A DNA stretch of 64,000 nt from positions 6,545,741 to 6,609,740 of the forward strand of contig MU058636.1 in NCBI GenBank assembly GCA_013265495.1, written 5' to 3'. Source of the stretch: Vicugna vicugna (Eukaryota). Below, one piece after another: positions 10,856 to 23,344 of the stretch; the stretch's first letter is position 1; every line of letters begins with the position of its first letter. The position numbers and the translations under genes were made by a program. The notes beneath the pieces are model-generated. The model ran no database searches, was not told where the DNA came from, and saw only the letters and a list, made by a program, of their open reading frames with translations.

Positions 10856-13044
10856 GTCATATGCACTGGTGGGTCTTAATCACATTGAGTATCCATTTAC
10901 TTAACCAGTAATAGCTTCTTGGCATCTCCTGCACACAATTCCTCTTTCAAACATTTTCTTCTGCAGAGCCTACATTAAGGATGAAAAGCTTTTAACTAAG
11001 TGCACAGAGAAGAGAGGCAGGCTTTTTAATCATTTATAGAAAAGGATTAATAACAAACATTTTTAAAACATCCATAATTAAAACAATTCATGCTCAAGGA
11101 AAAAAATAATAACATTCCATTATTCTCCTAGGGAGCAAAAGAGGCAGTGAGCCAGTACTGAGCCAATTTCTATAAGTCTGGCCTTCTCCCGGGCTCATCC
11201 ACTGCTCTTTTCATTTGAATTCTCACAATAGCCTTTAAATGCACTTTCAGTAGCCCCACTGTACATAGAACAGAGGCTAAAACTTCAGGACACCTAGCAT
11301 GCTATTTTAATGAAATACAATAAAATATTTTTAATACTGCTCTTTTCATATATAACACAGGTAAGATTTTTGGATCTCTTATAATCAGAAATGTGGCTTC
11401 TCTTCCTGAATTCTATCCACTATTCTGGCCCGAAGGCAGGTAGCAGAGTAAGTTCCCCACAAGGAAGGAGAGGCTATGATATGGGGAAAGTCATTGTCAG
11501 AAAGGAAGAAGAGACGAAGCTCAAGGGGTGTGTGGAAAGAGGAAGAAGGAGAAGAAGAGGGAGGAAAACAGTCATATGATTGTCAGGGGTTCCCCCTCAA
11601 CTTCCATCTCGTGTCTCCCCACTCCCCAGCCCGAGTTAATAAGCCAGTGAGATCCAGGGGGGAGAGTCAAAAGCACAGAGATAATTTTCCCCGTGCCACA
11701 TCTGTAGCCTTAGAGCAGGGACTATCTCTCCAGATGCCCTCACCCCCCACCTCCTAGAGGCAGCCCCAGGAGATGGCAGTGGTCCTGCAGCAGAGTTAAG
11801 CTAAAAGTCTGAATTAATGCCCCGGGATGTGCTTGGCTTTCACAGAGCATGGAAAATCCTCAGAAGTTCCTGTAAAGTGGTGGAGAATCGATTCACGAAA
11901 CTTCCTAGAGGGAGTTGCTACACCAAGAACAAAGTGACATCATCACCAGAAAGGTCAAGGAGACTGTGAAACTTAGCTGGGTCCCTTCAGCAGAGAGGGG
12001 AAGAGGTCAGCAGCAGATGCCACCAACGGAAGCAGTGGCCAATGAAACAAGAGACACCCTCGTCATGGCATAGGTGAGCACAAGTTACCCAGAGGGTAAC
12101 ACAAAGACATACATCGAGACACCATAAAGATGTTCACACTGAACATTTATCTACAAATAACAGGCTTTTCAATCATTTATTGAAAGGAGTTAATAACAAA
12201 TGTCTTTTAAAAGCCCACAATTAACTCATGCTCCACACACAGAGCCACCACTTTAAATACAATATTGCATTAAAGCAAAGACACAGAGACCTCATTCCTG
12301 GTAGCTCAAGACTTTCTCTGCAACACAGAAAGGCTCAAGATGGTGATTAGATTTGTTTTGGGAAGTAAAGTGTTGAGGAACCAAATTAGATTTTCTCTGC
12401 ACATTTCAGCCACAGTGTGAGTAAATACATAGGCCAACTACAATATGATTACATAGACACAATGCTGAGGGCATGACTATCCATAAAACGAAGAGGCCAC
12501 CTGGAGATTTTCCTTCTATCAACCATGATGACTGGCTTCAGACAACCAAGTCAAAGCCAAAAATAAATACATTATCACCATTTTTCTACAGCATGGTTTT
12601 AAGATATAAAAATTCATTCTCATTTCTGTGGCCTTAACACTCTCAGAAATGAGCCTTTCCCATTAAGAATATTTTCTCCAAGATCACATTCAAGACAGCC
12701 AGCCCTTCACTTGTATGCCACCAAATCTGACCACTGTGTGAACTTTGTTTTTCTTTCTAGTCAAAGTGCTTTATATAAAATACAATGTTGAGTTAAAGAG
12801 ATTATGATGCAACAGATTGGACTTCAAACGTAAAACCTGCTGTGAATAAACAGATAACAGTTATCATCCAATCATGACTAGAGGAAGCTGGTGTGTTTAC
12901 TAAAATAGGTGAGAATTTCGCTATGAATGTATGTGGGACAGGAAATTGCTCTATTCAAATTGTGACATAGAGCTGAAAGGAAAACAGGTACAAAGAAAGA
13001 AAGATAGTAGATATTTTTGGAAGTCCTAAGAGACATCACACATC

Positions 13045-14430
13045 CATTGATTCAGTAAACATTTACTGAGACCCTACTAGTTCCAGATAATTCTCTAGGC
13101 ACTAACAATGCAGCAGTGTAGATACAGAGTCTTCCTTCAAGGAATTTATATTCTGGTTGAGGAAACAAGCAACACATAACTATACAAAATATAGGTCAAA
13201 GAGTGACGAGTACTTTGAAAAAAATCAAAATAAAGAAGATAAGAGGAAAGATGGAGGGGGCAGGAATTTTATATAGAGTGGTCAGGGAAGTCCTCTCTCA
13301 TAAGTTAATATTCAAGTAGAGATCTCAATTAAGTGAGGAAGAGATTCATGAAAAGATCTGGAAGAAAAAGAGCATCCCAGGCAGAGGAAGTAGTAAGTAC
13401 AAAGGCTCTGAGGTGGCACGACTTTGCTACGTTTGAAGAATAGCTAATAGGCCAGTATGGCTTGAATGGAATAAATGAAGGGATGGCAGAAGATGAGGTC
13501 AGAAAATTACCAAGCGTGAGTTCATGTGAGAATTTTTATACCAAAGTAAGACATTGGATTATATTCCAGGTGTGACAGGAAGTCATCAGAAGATTTTGAG
13601 CAAGGAAATGACCAGATTGTATCTCTGTTTAAAAACAAAAATCATTTTAACTGCTATATAGAAGATAGACTGTAGCCGGACACAGTGGACACAAGGAAAC
13701 CAGCTAGGAGGTTACTGCCTTAGTTCAGGAAGAAAACGACAGTCACTCAGACCAAGGTTGGGGCAAAGGAAGTGATGAGAAGTGGTCAGGTTAATACACT
13801 TTTAAGGCTGAGCCAATAAGACTTGCAAATAAATTGAACGTTGGATGTGAGAGAAAAAGAAATTCAAGCTGACGATTAGGTTTTGGCCCCAGCAACAGAT
13901 AAACAGTGCTGATATTCACCAAAATAAAGAATCCTTAGGAGGGGTCTTATTGTGGGGATGGAGAGGAAATGTGTATTTTGGATTTGTTTAGTTTGAGATA
14001 TCTGTTAGACTTCCAAGTAAAAATGTTGAGTTGGCTACTGGATAAAAGAGTGTAGCATTCAAGAGAGACTGGTGCTGGAGATAGAAATTTGAGCCATCAG
14101 CAAATGGGGCTGAATGAGATCAACTGGAGAGTGGGTACAAACAGAAAAAAGAAGTTGAAGGATCCAGTACCGGGCCATTCTAAATTGACAGATGAGGACG
14201 TGAGAGGGAACCAGCGAGTAAGACTAAGAATAGGCATCCAGAGATGTAGGAGGAAACCAGGAGAATATGTTGATCCAGAAGATAAATGGAGAAAGTCTTT
14301 CAGAACAAAAGGGCATAGTAGTTATCGATGCTGAGAGGTTCAACCAGTGGATTTGGTAACATGAAAGCTATTCACGACTCCGATTTTAAAAGAAGGTTTC
14401 AGTGGATTGAGAATAAAATCCTGATTAAAT
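13045..14430 (-). mobile_element. Long L2 (L2a-like) segment
   Basis: CATTGATTCAGTAAACATTTACTGAG start, TCAGGGAAGTCCTCTCT, AGCATCCCAGGCAGAGG, GTTTGAGATATCTGTTAGACTTCCAAGT and GGATTTGGTAACATG. Confidence 0.88.
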
Positions 14431-14469
14431 TGAGACTGATACTAGAGTTGTTAGCTTGAGCATAATTAC

Positions 14470-16725
14470 TCAAAAGAGAAAAATAAAACAGTCTTTATTC
14501 ACAGAAAAACTGAAAGAATATATAGTCAAAGTATTACAATCAATAAGAGAAATCATCGATACTGATAGATACAGGATTGATGTATAAGAATCCATGGGCT
14601 CACTACACACAAAAATAAAGGGAAAGTGAAAAAATGTTAAGGCCATTTCCAATAGCAACAGAAATATAAGGGACTTAGAAGTAAAATAGTAAAGCTTTAT
14701 TGAAAGAATTAAAGGCCTGAATAAATCAAGAGAGAAACAATGTTCATGTGTAGAAAGAGTCAGTTCAGTAAAGATGCCCATTTTTTCCACATATTAATTA
14801 GGTACTTAAGTGCTATTCCAGTCAAGTTCTTAACAGGGTTTCTCAAGGAACATCACAAGCTGATTTTAAACTTATATGGGTATGGAAAAATCAAGAAAAG
14901 CCAAGGCAGTTTTGAAGAAGAAAAACAGATGGCAAGACTCATAAAACTGTAATAATTTTTCAAAGGTGTGATAATGGTGCTGGAATGGACAAAGAGATCA
15001 ATAAAGCAGAATAAAGAGCTCATACACAGATCCAAATATATGGATACTTGGTATGTGGCATCACTGATCAGCAAGGAAAGAATAGACTACTCAACACACG
15101 ATGCTGGGTTAGTTAGTTATTCAAACTTAAAAAAAAACTGAATTGGATTGTTACCTAACTATTCACAAAAATCAATTCCAGATACACTGAATTCCTCAAT
15201 GTGAAAGGCAAATTTTAAATTCTCTGGGAGAAATTGTGAGAATATATTTAAGATCTCAAGATGGACTAGAATTTCTAAAACTAGGCACATCAGAAGAAAG
15301 AAGAGAGAGAGAGAAAGAGAGAGAACTGCAAGGAAAAGGTTGAAATATTTGACTACATTAAAATTTCATACTTCTGTGATTCAAAAGATGCCATAAACAA
15401 AGTGAAAAGACATGTCACAGCATGGAATAATATATTTGTAATAAATATAACTGACAAAGCATTGATATCCAGAATATATAAGGAATTCTAACTTCAATAA
15501 GAAAAACCAGTGGTAGGAAAATGGGCCAAAGTGTTACTTACATAGGTATCTCAAAGAAGAGGACATCCATCGGGCCAGTAAACATATGATAAGATGCTCT
15601 ATCTCGCTAGTAGTCAGGGAAATCCATATTTAAACTGTAGTAAGATACTTTTCACCCATCATATTAGCCAAAACCAAAAAAAATTGGACATATCAAGAGA
15701 TGACAAGAATGTAGTCAAGGAAGAACAGCTCATTTGCTGCTAGTAGGAGTGAAAATTGAAACAACCATTTGGAGAGCAATTTGACAACATCTTGTCAAGT
15801 CAAAGATGCACATACATACGACTCAGTAGTTAATTCTTATATATCACAGAGAAAGACTTACAGGAGTGTACAATGGAGATAGATAAGAGTGTTCATTGCA
15901 CCATTACAATAGCAAACATTTGGAACAACATAGATGTGCATTAACAGAAGAATGAATGAATAAATTATATTTATATAATGAATTAATACAGCTGTCAAAG
16001 TGAATTATCAGCTACATAATTCAACATAAGTCTTAAACAACTATCATCTTGCAGAAAAAAGTTACAGAAGGCTATCTACAAAGCTTAATAACATAAAACA
16101 ACAATATCTGAATATATAAAAGTCAGACAGAAAGACAGACGGACATGAAAATAAGAATCACCAAAATCAGGAGAGTGTCTGTGTTACTGTAGAACTCCAA
16201 AACAGGATTAGATGGTGAGAAACTTTTGGGGGAAATGGTCTTGAAGGACAAAGGGGAAGAAGCAAGTGTTATCAGGAAAACCCTCCATAACCTGGGGCAG
16301 GATTGGTACCCGTGAAAGGAAACAGGGAAAGAAGATGCAGCAGGGATGTAAGAATGTCTGGCCAGGCCGATGACAAGTCCTTAAGCCAAAGTCATCTTTA
16401 AGAGAAGCCTTGCATCAGACAGAAATGGATGGGAACGTGTATCCCCACTGTGCACAGCTGTTACTGGGAATAACCTGGGGGGTAAATTCAGAAGGGAATC
16501 ATCTGAAGCCATTATGAACTCTTCTCCCTACAGCAGGGGAACTGAGTATCCCAGTTTTTGGGAGGGGGGGCACATGAAGGAGCTACCTCTGGGGTAGGGC
16601 ATAAAGGAGGGTACCGTGATCCAGGAGAGACAAAAGAGCTCGAAATGTTTTTGTAATATTTACTTCTGATGTGGGGCAGTGGGGACATAGATGTTCACTA
16701 TATTATTCTCTTTATTTTTTGTGTG
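14470..16725 (+). mobile_element. Old L1 (L1ME-type) ORF2 3' part and 3' UTR, interrupted by LTR16
   Basis: ORF 14740-14952 (SAIPVKFLTGF...KLILNLYG) is a degenerate form of L1 ORF2 NAIPIK..KLILKF. TTTGACTACATTAAAATT is present, and the 3' end TAGATGTTCACTATATTATTCT lies after the LTR. Confidence 0.85.
16178..16555 (-). mobile_element. LTR16-family (ERVL) solo LTR
   Basis: TTTTGGGGGAAATGGTCTTGAAGGACAAAGGGGAAGAAGCA...CCCGTGAAAGGA...GCCAGGCCGATG...GCCAAAGTC. Confidence 0.7.
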
Positions 16726-16849
16726 GCTGGGGGGTGAAGTAGGAAAAATGGGAGGTTAAGAAGTTAATACATTGCATTTAGACAAGGCTTTCCTGGAATT
16801 TTGCTATAATGTGAAGCATAGCAATAGGATTAAGGGATAAAAATATTAC

Positions 16850-17400
16850 AGCCTTCCTGATGCTGATCATTTATGGGGAAATTTGACAGATAAAAAGAGG
16901 GAAAGTTACAGGAACAAAGCCCCTATGCACTGCCTGGGGATGAAAGGAAGGAGTTAGCCCTAGAGAAGAACACAGTAAGTTTATCACCCTTGAAAAGAAA
17001 AGGCTGAATTTAGGGTAAAGGTGAAGGTAGAAGAATAGATTTTGTGGTGGGAAGACAAGGATGTTCTCTAATGACTGCTTTTATTTTCTCAGTAAAATGA
17101 GAAGCAAGCTGATGGGTTGAGAGTGAGGAAGAGGAAAGTGGTTTTGGAGGTCTGAGGAATGTAGAATTGTCAAGGAGTCCCGAGGGCTCACTTGAGGTTT
17201 GTGGTCAGAGATTCCAAATGATACCAGTCAGCACCGTTGTGTGCTTTCTACCAGCCGTAAACAGCTGCTCAGATGTAGGCATGCAGCTGGCTCAGAGAAT
17301 GGAATACTGGGTTTAAGCAAAGCTGGGTTTTGCCAGGCAAGTACAATGAAAACACATAAGGCTAAGAGATTTGAGGCTGGAGAGAAAGGCACTAATATGT
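16850..17400 (-). mobile_element. L2 internal segment, probably continuing 13045-14430
   Basis: TTCTCTAATGACTGCTTTTATTTTCTCAGTAAAATGAGAAGCAAG and GCTGGGTTTTGCCAGGCAAGTACAATGA. Confidence 0.7.
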
Positions 17401-17439
17401 GAAGAATTGTGGGGAATAAGATACAACAGTCATTTACCT

Positions 17440-17620
17440 CTCTTTCCCTTCTCTTGTCTTTCCTGTAGGCTGGAATTTAGAGCTAAAAGCTTGATTAGTT
17501 TCAGTTAAGTATTTTTGGCAAGAATACTTCGCAGGCGATGCTGTGAATTCCATCATGCATCACATCAGGAGGCCCTTAATGTCGGGTTGTCTCACTATTT
17601 TTGATGCTAAGATTGAGCTC
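17440..17620 (-). mobile_element. L1MC/L1ME 3' fragment
   Basis: TTTTTGGCAAGAATACTTCGCAGGCGATGCTGTG...CATCACATCAGGAGGC...GATGCTAAGATTGA. Confidence 0.7.
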
Positions 17621-18030
17621 TGTGAGAACAATAAATAAATGGGGTAATACCTTGCAAATATCCCATTTTGAATATGTAAATCTCCTAACTGCATCCAAAA
17701 ACAAAGTTCAGTTATCAAAAGTATGATGCAAACATAAAAGGTTGACGACCTGCTGTTTGAGAAGGTTATAGAATTTTTGATATTGAAGGATTCACAAGCC
17801 AGAGGGAGTTTTATAGTCCTTGTTAGAAGTGCAAGATCTCAGTGTGGGGGGAATTGTGGAGAACAGGAAGAAGTTATGCATTATTTTATCCCCTTCCATT
17901 ACTCTAAGCCTGAAATTAAATGACGGCTAGACTATAGATCATTCCCCCTAAAACTTCCATGGGCAGGCTAAGTATAATTTCATAATACTATGCATGCTGG
18001 CAAACCAGCTAGTTCTTAAAAATGACATCA

Positions 18031-18146
18031 ATATAAAAACAAATATATGTATGTACATGCATGACTGGGACATTATGCTGTACACCAGAAACTGACACAT
18101 TGTAACTGACTGTACTTCAATAAAAAAACAATTTAAAAAATTTTTT
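18031..18146 (+). mobile_element. Young, strongly 5'-truncated L1 3' end (camelid type) with 11-bp TSD
   Basis: ATGTATGTACATGCATGACTGGGACATTATGCTGTACACCAGAAACTGACACATTGTAACTGACTGTACTTCAATAAAAAAA. TSD AAATGACATCA lies at 18020-18030 and 18147-18157, at a TT|AAAA endonuclease site. Confidence 0.88.
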
Positions 18147-18729
18147 AAATGACATCAGATGTTTGTAGAGGCTCCTGTTGATTTTTGTAAAAAGCCTGGG
18201 AGGGCAAAGGCCAAAGAAAGAGCATAATTAAAATGCAGTTTATATAGCATATCAAGGAGCACACTGAAAAGTAGCAATGGTTCCTTAAACAGAGAAAGTG
18301 ATGCCAACATTCATTTGGCTAGCATACACAGCAAAAATTAACTTGTAACACATATTTCCTGTTTCTAGGTTTCTGTCATTGAGCAAACATAATTAACTGA
18401 ATCAACGTGGTATAGAGGTTTTTCTACCTGCTAACAGTGATTCTCTGCTTTATTTTGAGCATCTAGTTTTGGGAAACTGAAGTAATCTTTCTAACCTTAA
18501 GGGCTGCTCAATCCTGTCGGCATAGGTACATTGTCAACTGTCAGGCCAGAGACACCCAGAGTCCCCTACCTGGCTGATGCATGTGATGTCTACTGGGTGT
18601 GCATAAAGCAAAGGGCATATTCTGGGACTGTTGAGATCACTCCTACACAGTTCAGGCTGGTGCTGTTTCTGCTCTCTATTTACTGCCTTGCACAACACTA
18701 GCATCTGGACCAAGAGGAATTCTTTCTGA

Positions 18730-18845
18730 ACCCAACTGCATTTCCAAATCACCAGGGAGCTTATGAAAATTAAAAATTCCAAAACCTCATCTGAATGTGA
18801 TTATATTGAAAAATCTATGAAAGTGGAAGCCCAGGGCACAGTCTT
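18730..18845 (+). mobile_element. MER5-like hAT fragment
   Basis: AAATCACCAGGGAGCTTATGAAAAT...AATCTATG...GCCCAGG. Confidence 0.45.
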
Positions 18846-19149
18846 TATTAGTGGAGCCGACTGACAGAGAAAGTCTCCACAAAAATGGGACAGTTTAACT
18901 CTTCTTTGTTTTTCTCAACCTGTAGGAACTCTAGCTAATTATGGGTTCAGTTTCTGTACTCTAGGATCAGATTAAGTCTTGAGAATTCCCAAAGAAGATT
19001 TAGAACCCAGAACTCTGCTCCACATGGAAATATTGCTGGAGTATCTTGAACTGCTCGTGGGCATTCTGTTAAGCACAAACTATTATGCAAGAAATGTTGC
19101 ATCTTTTTTTTTTTTAGTGGGGTTTTATATTTGAACTTTGTCACTTTGA

Positions 19150-22050
19150 TTTAAGTTGGTTCTTCAAAAACGAACATATAGCTGAATTTACTGTTTTATT
19201 CCAACTTAATGCTGTCCATCTTCTGGTAGGTAGATTTAGTTAGTTCACAATTATCTTGAAAAGTAACACAGTTCATTTTGTTTTCCATCTTCTTTATGTT
19301 TTTACTTGTAGCTTTTGTGGTTTCCTTTTAACCACTTTGTTACTTTTGTTGTCTGGGTCATTTTTTTTTTAATCCCTTCCCCTCTACCTACCAATATTAA
19401 TGGGAAATTCTCCAATGCTTTTCAAGTTGGCTGATGACATACAAGATGTATTACCTCCATCAAGATATTATATTTGACAACATTCCTCCAACTCTGGAAA
19501 TTAAACTTGAGATTGCTTTTACTTCCTACCACCAGCTCCCTTTCCTAGTTCAACCCTCAACTTCTCCCTGGATTTTTACCAAGATAGTTCAGAATATGTT
19601 TCTTAATTTAAAGTCTACTTAACACTTGCATTGTCAGTAATATTATCATTATCCATTGAGGTAAGAAGATAGCTAGATAGATAATCAATTGACTTTCTTC
19701 TATTCTTATTGAGAGAAGCAATATCCTAGCTAGGATCACAGTCTGTTTCTCCCAGAAGACTGCCTTTCAGCTCTCAGTGTAGCAAATGGAAATCTGATGC
19801 TGGTTATCCTTCCTTTGTTTTTCCTTGAATTTAGAATTCTAAAAGGTTTTCTCATGATTTTTGGAATTCAGAAATTTCATCAGGATATGTCTAAGTGTGT
19901 TTACTATTCCTGGACCTTGTCAATCCTTTCAATATATGATATCAACTCTTTTTTCCACTTTTTTATTTTTAAGCTTAGAGATATTTTCTTCTAGAACTTA
20001 CTGAATTTTCACTTCCCCTCCCAATCTGTATATTTTCCTCCATTTGGAATCCTTAAATATTCACAAGCTAGGCTTCTTGAACCTATCTTCCAAGTCTGTA
20101 TGATTCCCTCCTAATTTCTATCTCTGTGTTTTTTTCCTTACATACTAAGATATTTCTTTCATCTATCTTCCATAACGATCAGCAATGGATTGGCTCTTTT
20201 CCAGTTCACCTAGTGAGTTTTTAATTTTGGAAATTAGAGGGTTTTTATATCCAGAAAGGCTTTTTCTATGATCTTATTGCAGCTTTCCAAGGGTTCTCAT
20301 TTTTTTTATATATGAAGTTTTTTCCATTGTTCTGTTACTCATGTCACCTGGTTACTGACCTTGGGCTTCCTCCATCATGTCACTGTAGGCTCTTAAGAAG
20401 GGTGTGATGTTTCTTTGCCACCTCTACCCACAAAACATACTCTGAATACAGCCACTTCCCAGGTCCTCACTGCTAACATCCTAGTCCCAGTTGTCATCAT
20501 ATCTCGCCTGGATTTCAGCAACAGCCTCTGAACTGTCTCCAACTTCTCTGTTTGCCCTGCCCTCCCCACAGCAGTCAGCATGATTCTTTTAAATATGAAG
20601 TCAAATCATGTAACTTCTGGGCTCCTTTTCCTGCAAGGGCTTCCCATTTCACTCAGAGTAAAAGCCTACAAATCTTTACAAGATCTTGGCTGGGTTATCT
20701 CCCTCCTCGCCTGTTACTCTGCCTCAGTCCTCTGCTGCAACTGAAAGTGATGTGTCCTTGCGTATCTGAAAGATACTGGAAAAGCTCCTATGTTAGGTTC
20801 TTCGCACTGGCTGTTCCCTCCTCTTGGAAAGTGCTTACATCTTGGCTGACTCCCTCACTGTCTTCAACTCTGCTCAAATGGCATCTCCCCAAGAATGCCT
20901 GCTCTGACTACTCAGTTTAAAGCTATAACTCATTCTGTCTCACGTCAATACTTCTATCCCTTTTATACAGTTCTGTGTGTTCTATTTTCATCTTTACTAT
21001 CTTACATAAATTATATATTCCTTATGTTTATTATGTATTTATTTTCTGTCTCTCCTGCTAGACTGTAAGCTCCATGAAGCAGAGATCTTTGTTTCATTCA
21101 CTGATGAATGCCTGTAACCATGTCTGGAACACATCAGATAGGTAGGAAATGTTTGTTAAATGAATATCAAGTAAATGATTTTTTAAAAATTATTCATTGT
21201 CTGAGACTTGTCAGTTTCTTTTTTTGGGCCACTTGTTTTTGCTGCGTCTCTGTGCTATTTATTTCTTCAAATGTCTGGCAGTCCTGAGATACCCATTCAT
21301 ATTAATGAATGAAGGCAGTGGGAATGGCATATCTCTGCAAGTACAAAGATCTGTTTCCCTTAATGGGAGGGCTGGCTGCAAGCAAGCATTCTACGGAGGT
21401 GCTTGGAGATAAAGCAGCCATTTATACTTGGGCCAACACCCACCTCAACTCACATAGCCTCTCTCATCAGGCTAAAATCATAAGGGTTATATCCATTGTG
21501 CCTATACCAATCCTACACCTCAATAGAGCAATAAATTCCTTTAATGTACAGTTCCCAGAGCTTAGTCTAAGGATAAACACATGAGGCCAGGAACTCCGGT
21601 TGTATGTTGATCAATAGTGTATACTGATGATGGAGGAGAGTGGGAAGGAAAGATGGAGGAGGGAAGACTAGCACATCTGTTCTTCCAACTCATCATTTCT
21701 ATAGGGCCCTCCTAGCATCTTTGGTTCTGTCTTTATGCTGTCTCCAAGTCTCTCAGTGAGGAACCATTCTCCCTGCAAGGGGTCACTCTCCACTGCAGAT
21801 TTTTGTGCATACGTGCATACGTGAAGTGCCCTCCAGTATAGTTTATTTCTCAGTATAATCCCATCATTTTCAATCTTCTAGAAATTCTCTACCAAATTGT
21901 CTGTTTAATTGATACCCTAGACTGCATCACCTTCTTCACTGCCTAGAATGACTCTGTTTCCTTTTATGTGTTTTACCTAGCATCTCCATGGAATTTAGTG
22001 AGAGATGTGAATAAAGGAATGTTTAGTCCTCTATCTTGAACCAGAGGCCA
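19150..22050 (-). mobile_element. Highly diverged HAL1/L1ME-like 5'/ORF1 region, interrupted by L2
   Basis: T-rich tract with GAAATCTGATGC, GAAATTTCATCAGGATATGTCTAAGTGTG, TTCAAATGTCTGGCAGTCCTG and CTCTATCTTGAACCAGA. Confidence 0.55.
20405..21165 (+). mobile_element. L2 (L2a-like) 3' segment
   Basis: CATCATATCTCGCCTGGATTTCAGCAACAGCCTC, GCACTGGCTGTTCCCTCC, CTAGACTGTAAGCTCCATGA and AATGTTTGTTAAATGAAT. Confidence 0.9.
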
Positions 22051-23344
22051 GATGAATCTCTGAGGAACTAGTACTACTTCTAAGGAAAAAGAGAAAAGAT
22101 TTACCTGAAGCAAAGAAAATTCTTAAGTTTTACTTCAGTTTCTTTTTCTTCTTTAAAAATGCAAGTAAAATTAAATTTAATATATTCAACTTTAACTTAA
22201 TGCCTTTAAATATCCAAGAATAAATGCCCTATATGCAAGTTAGAATATGTAGCCACTGTGATTCCTAAGCCATTTTGCACAATAGATGATGGTCATATTC
22301 CACACCATTTTCAAAATGATGAATGGGAAGGTGTGAGAGGAGATTAAAGGCATTTGAATGATTCTACCATTCATCCACAAACTCTATAGTCACATGTCTA
22401 ATGTCTATGTCATACAGATTCACAAGTCTAGTTTACCCCAGAGTTCTTTCGAAAGATTATATAAATTCTCAACTTTAATATGGTCTTTGCATTTGCAATA
22501 CCCAGAAGACAATGGCAAAATTGATTTCTATAACAAACTCTGCCATGTAAAATTACAACATGTTTTATCCTTAGTAATAACCACAAGGTGATGAACTGAC
22601 AGTTTTTAAATGTATGTTAGATTTCTTTTGTGATCACCAAATTGAAAAATATTTTTAAATGCATTCCCTGGTGATAACTGACAGTAACTTTAGTGTTCTC
22701 AAATCTTTGATTCAAATATGCCAGAAATCTGAAGAACTGCACTTCAGAATAAATTTCTTGAAGATGAAAAATTTCTTATAGATTTAATTCATTCTAGTAG
22801 TTCAACTGCTCCTGGTTTCCCCAAGTTAATTGTAAAATAGAATAAACATGAATTGGATTACATTTCAACAAAAGTGATACAGGAGCCTATGATGTTATAC
22901 ATGAAGAGTTACTGCTGGCAGAGTCTCTCTAGAAAAAGCACAGTTGTTACAGTGAAGATAGGGGTGGCTCTTGAAAGAGAATGAAAAGCTCTCCAAGTGA
23001 TAATTTAGTGTTTCTTCAAGGCATTGATCTAAATTATACTTACCTTAAAACCAGTGAAACAGCAATGTTCATTAACAAAGTAGGTGACTGCCTACGTGGC
23101 TTAATTTGAAGGTTGCCCGGAGCTTTCTCTTTTAGTGGAGTTGTTACGGTGCTTGGAATCCACAAAATCTGACCCATTCTTTGAGCCTTTCAGGAGGATC
23201 CTAGGAAACACTGGGAAAGTTTCTTGGGAGAAAAGATGGAGCTTTGAGCTAGGAGAGGTCTTAAGGTGATGTATGCCCGATTTTTGCCCCAATTATTAAC
23301 ACGATAATCTCCAGTAATAAATTCTCTCTTCCACTTAAGACTCT

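Noticed and set aside
20552..20920. Longest ORF in the window (122 aa)
   Set aside because: It lies entirely within an L2 3' region, has a non-ATG start and has no recognisable domain.
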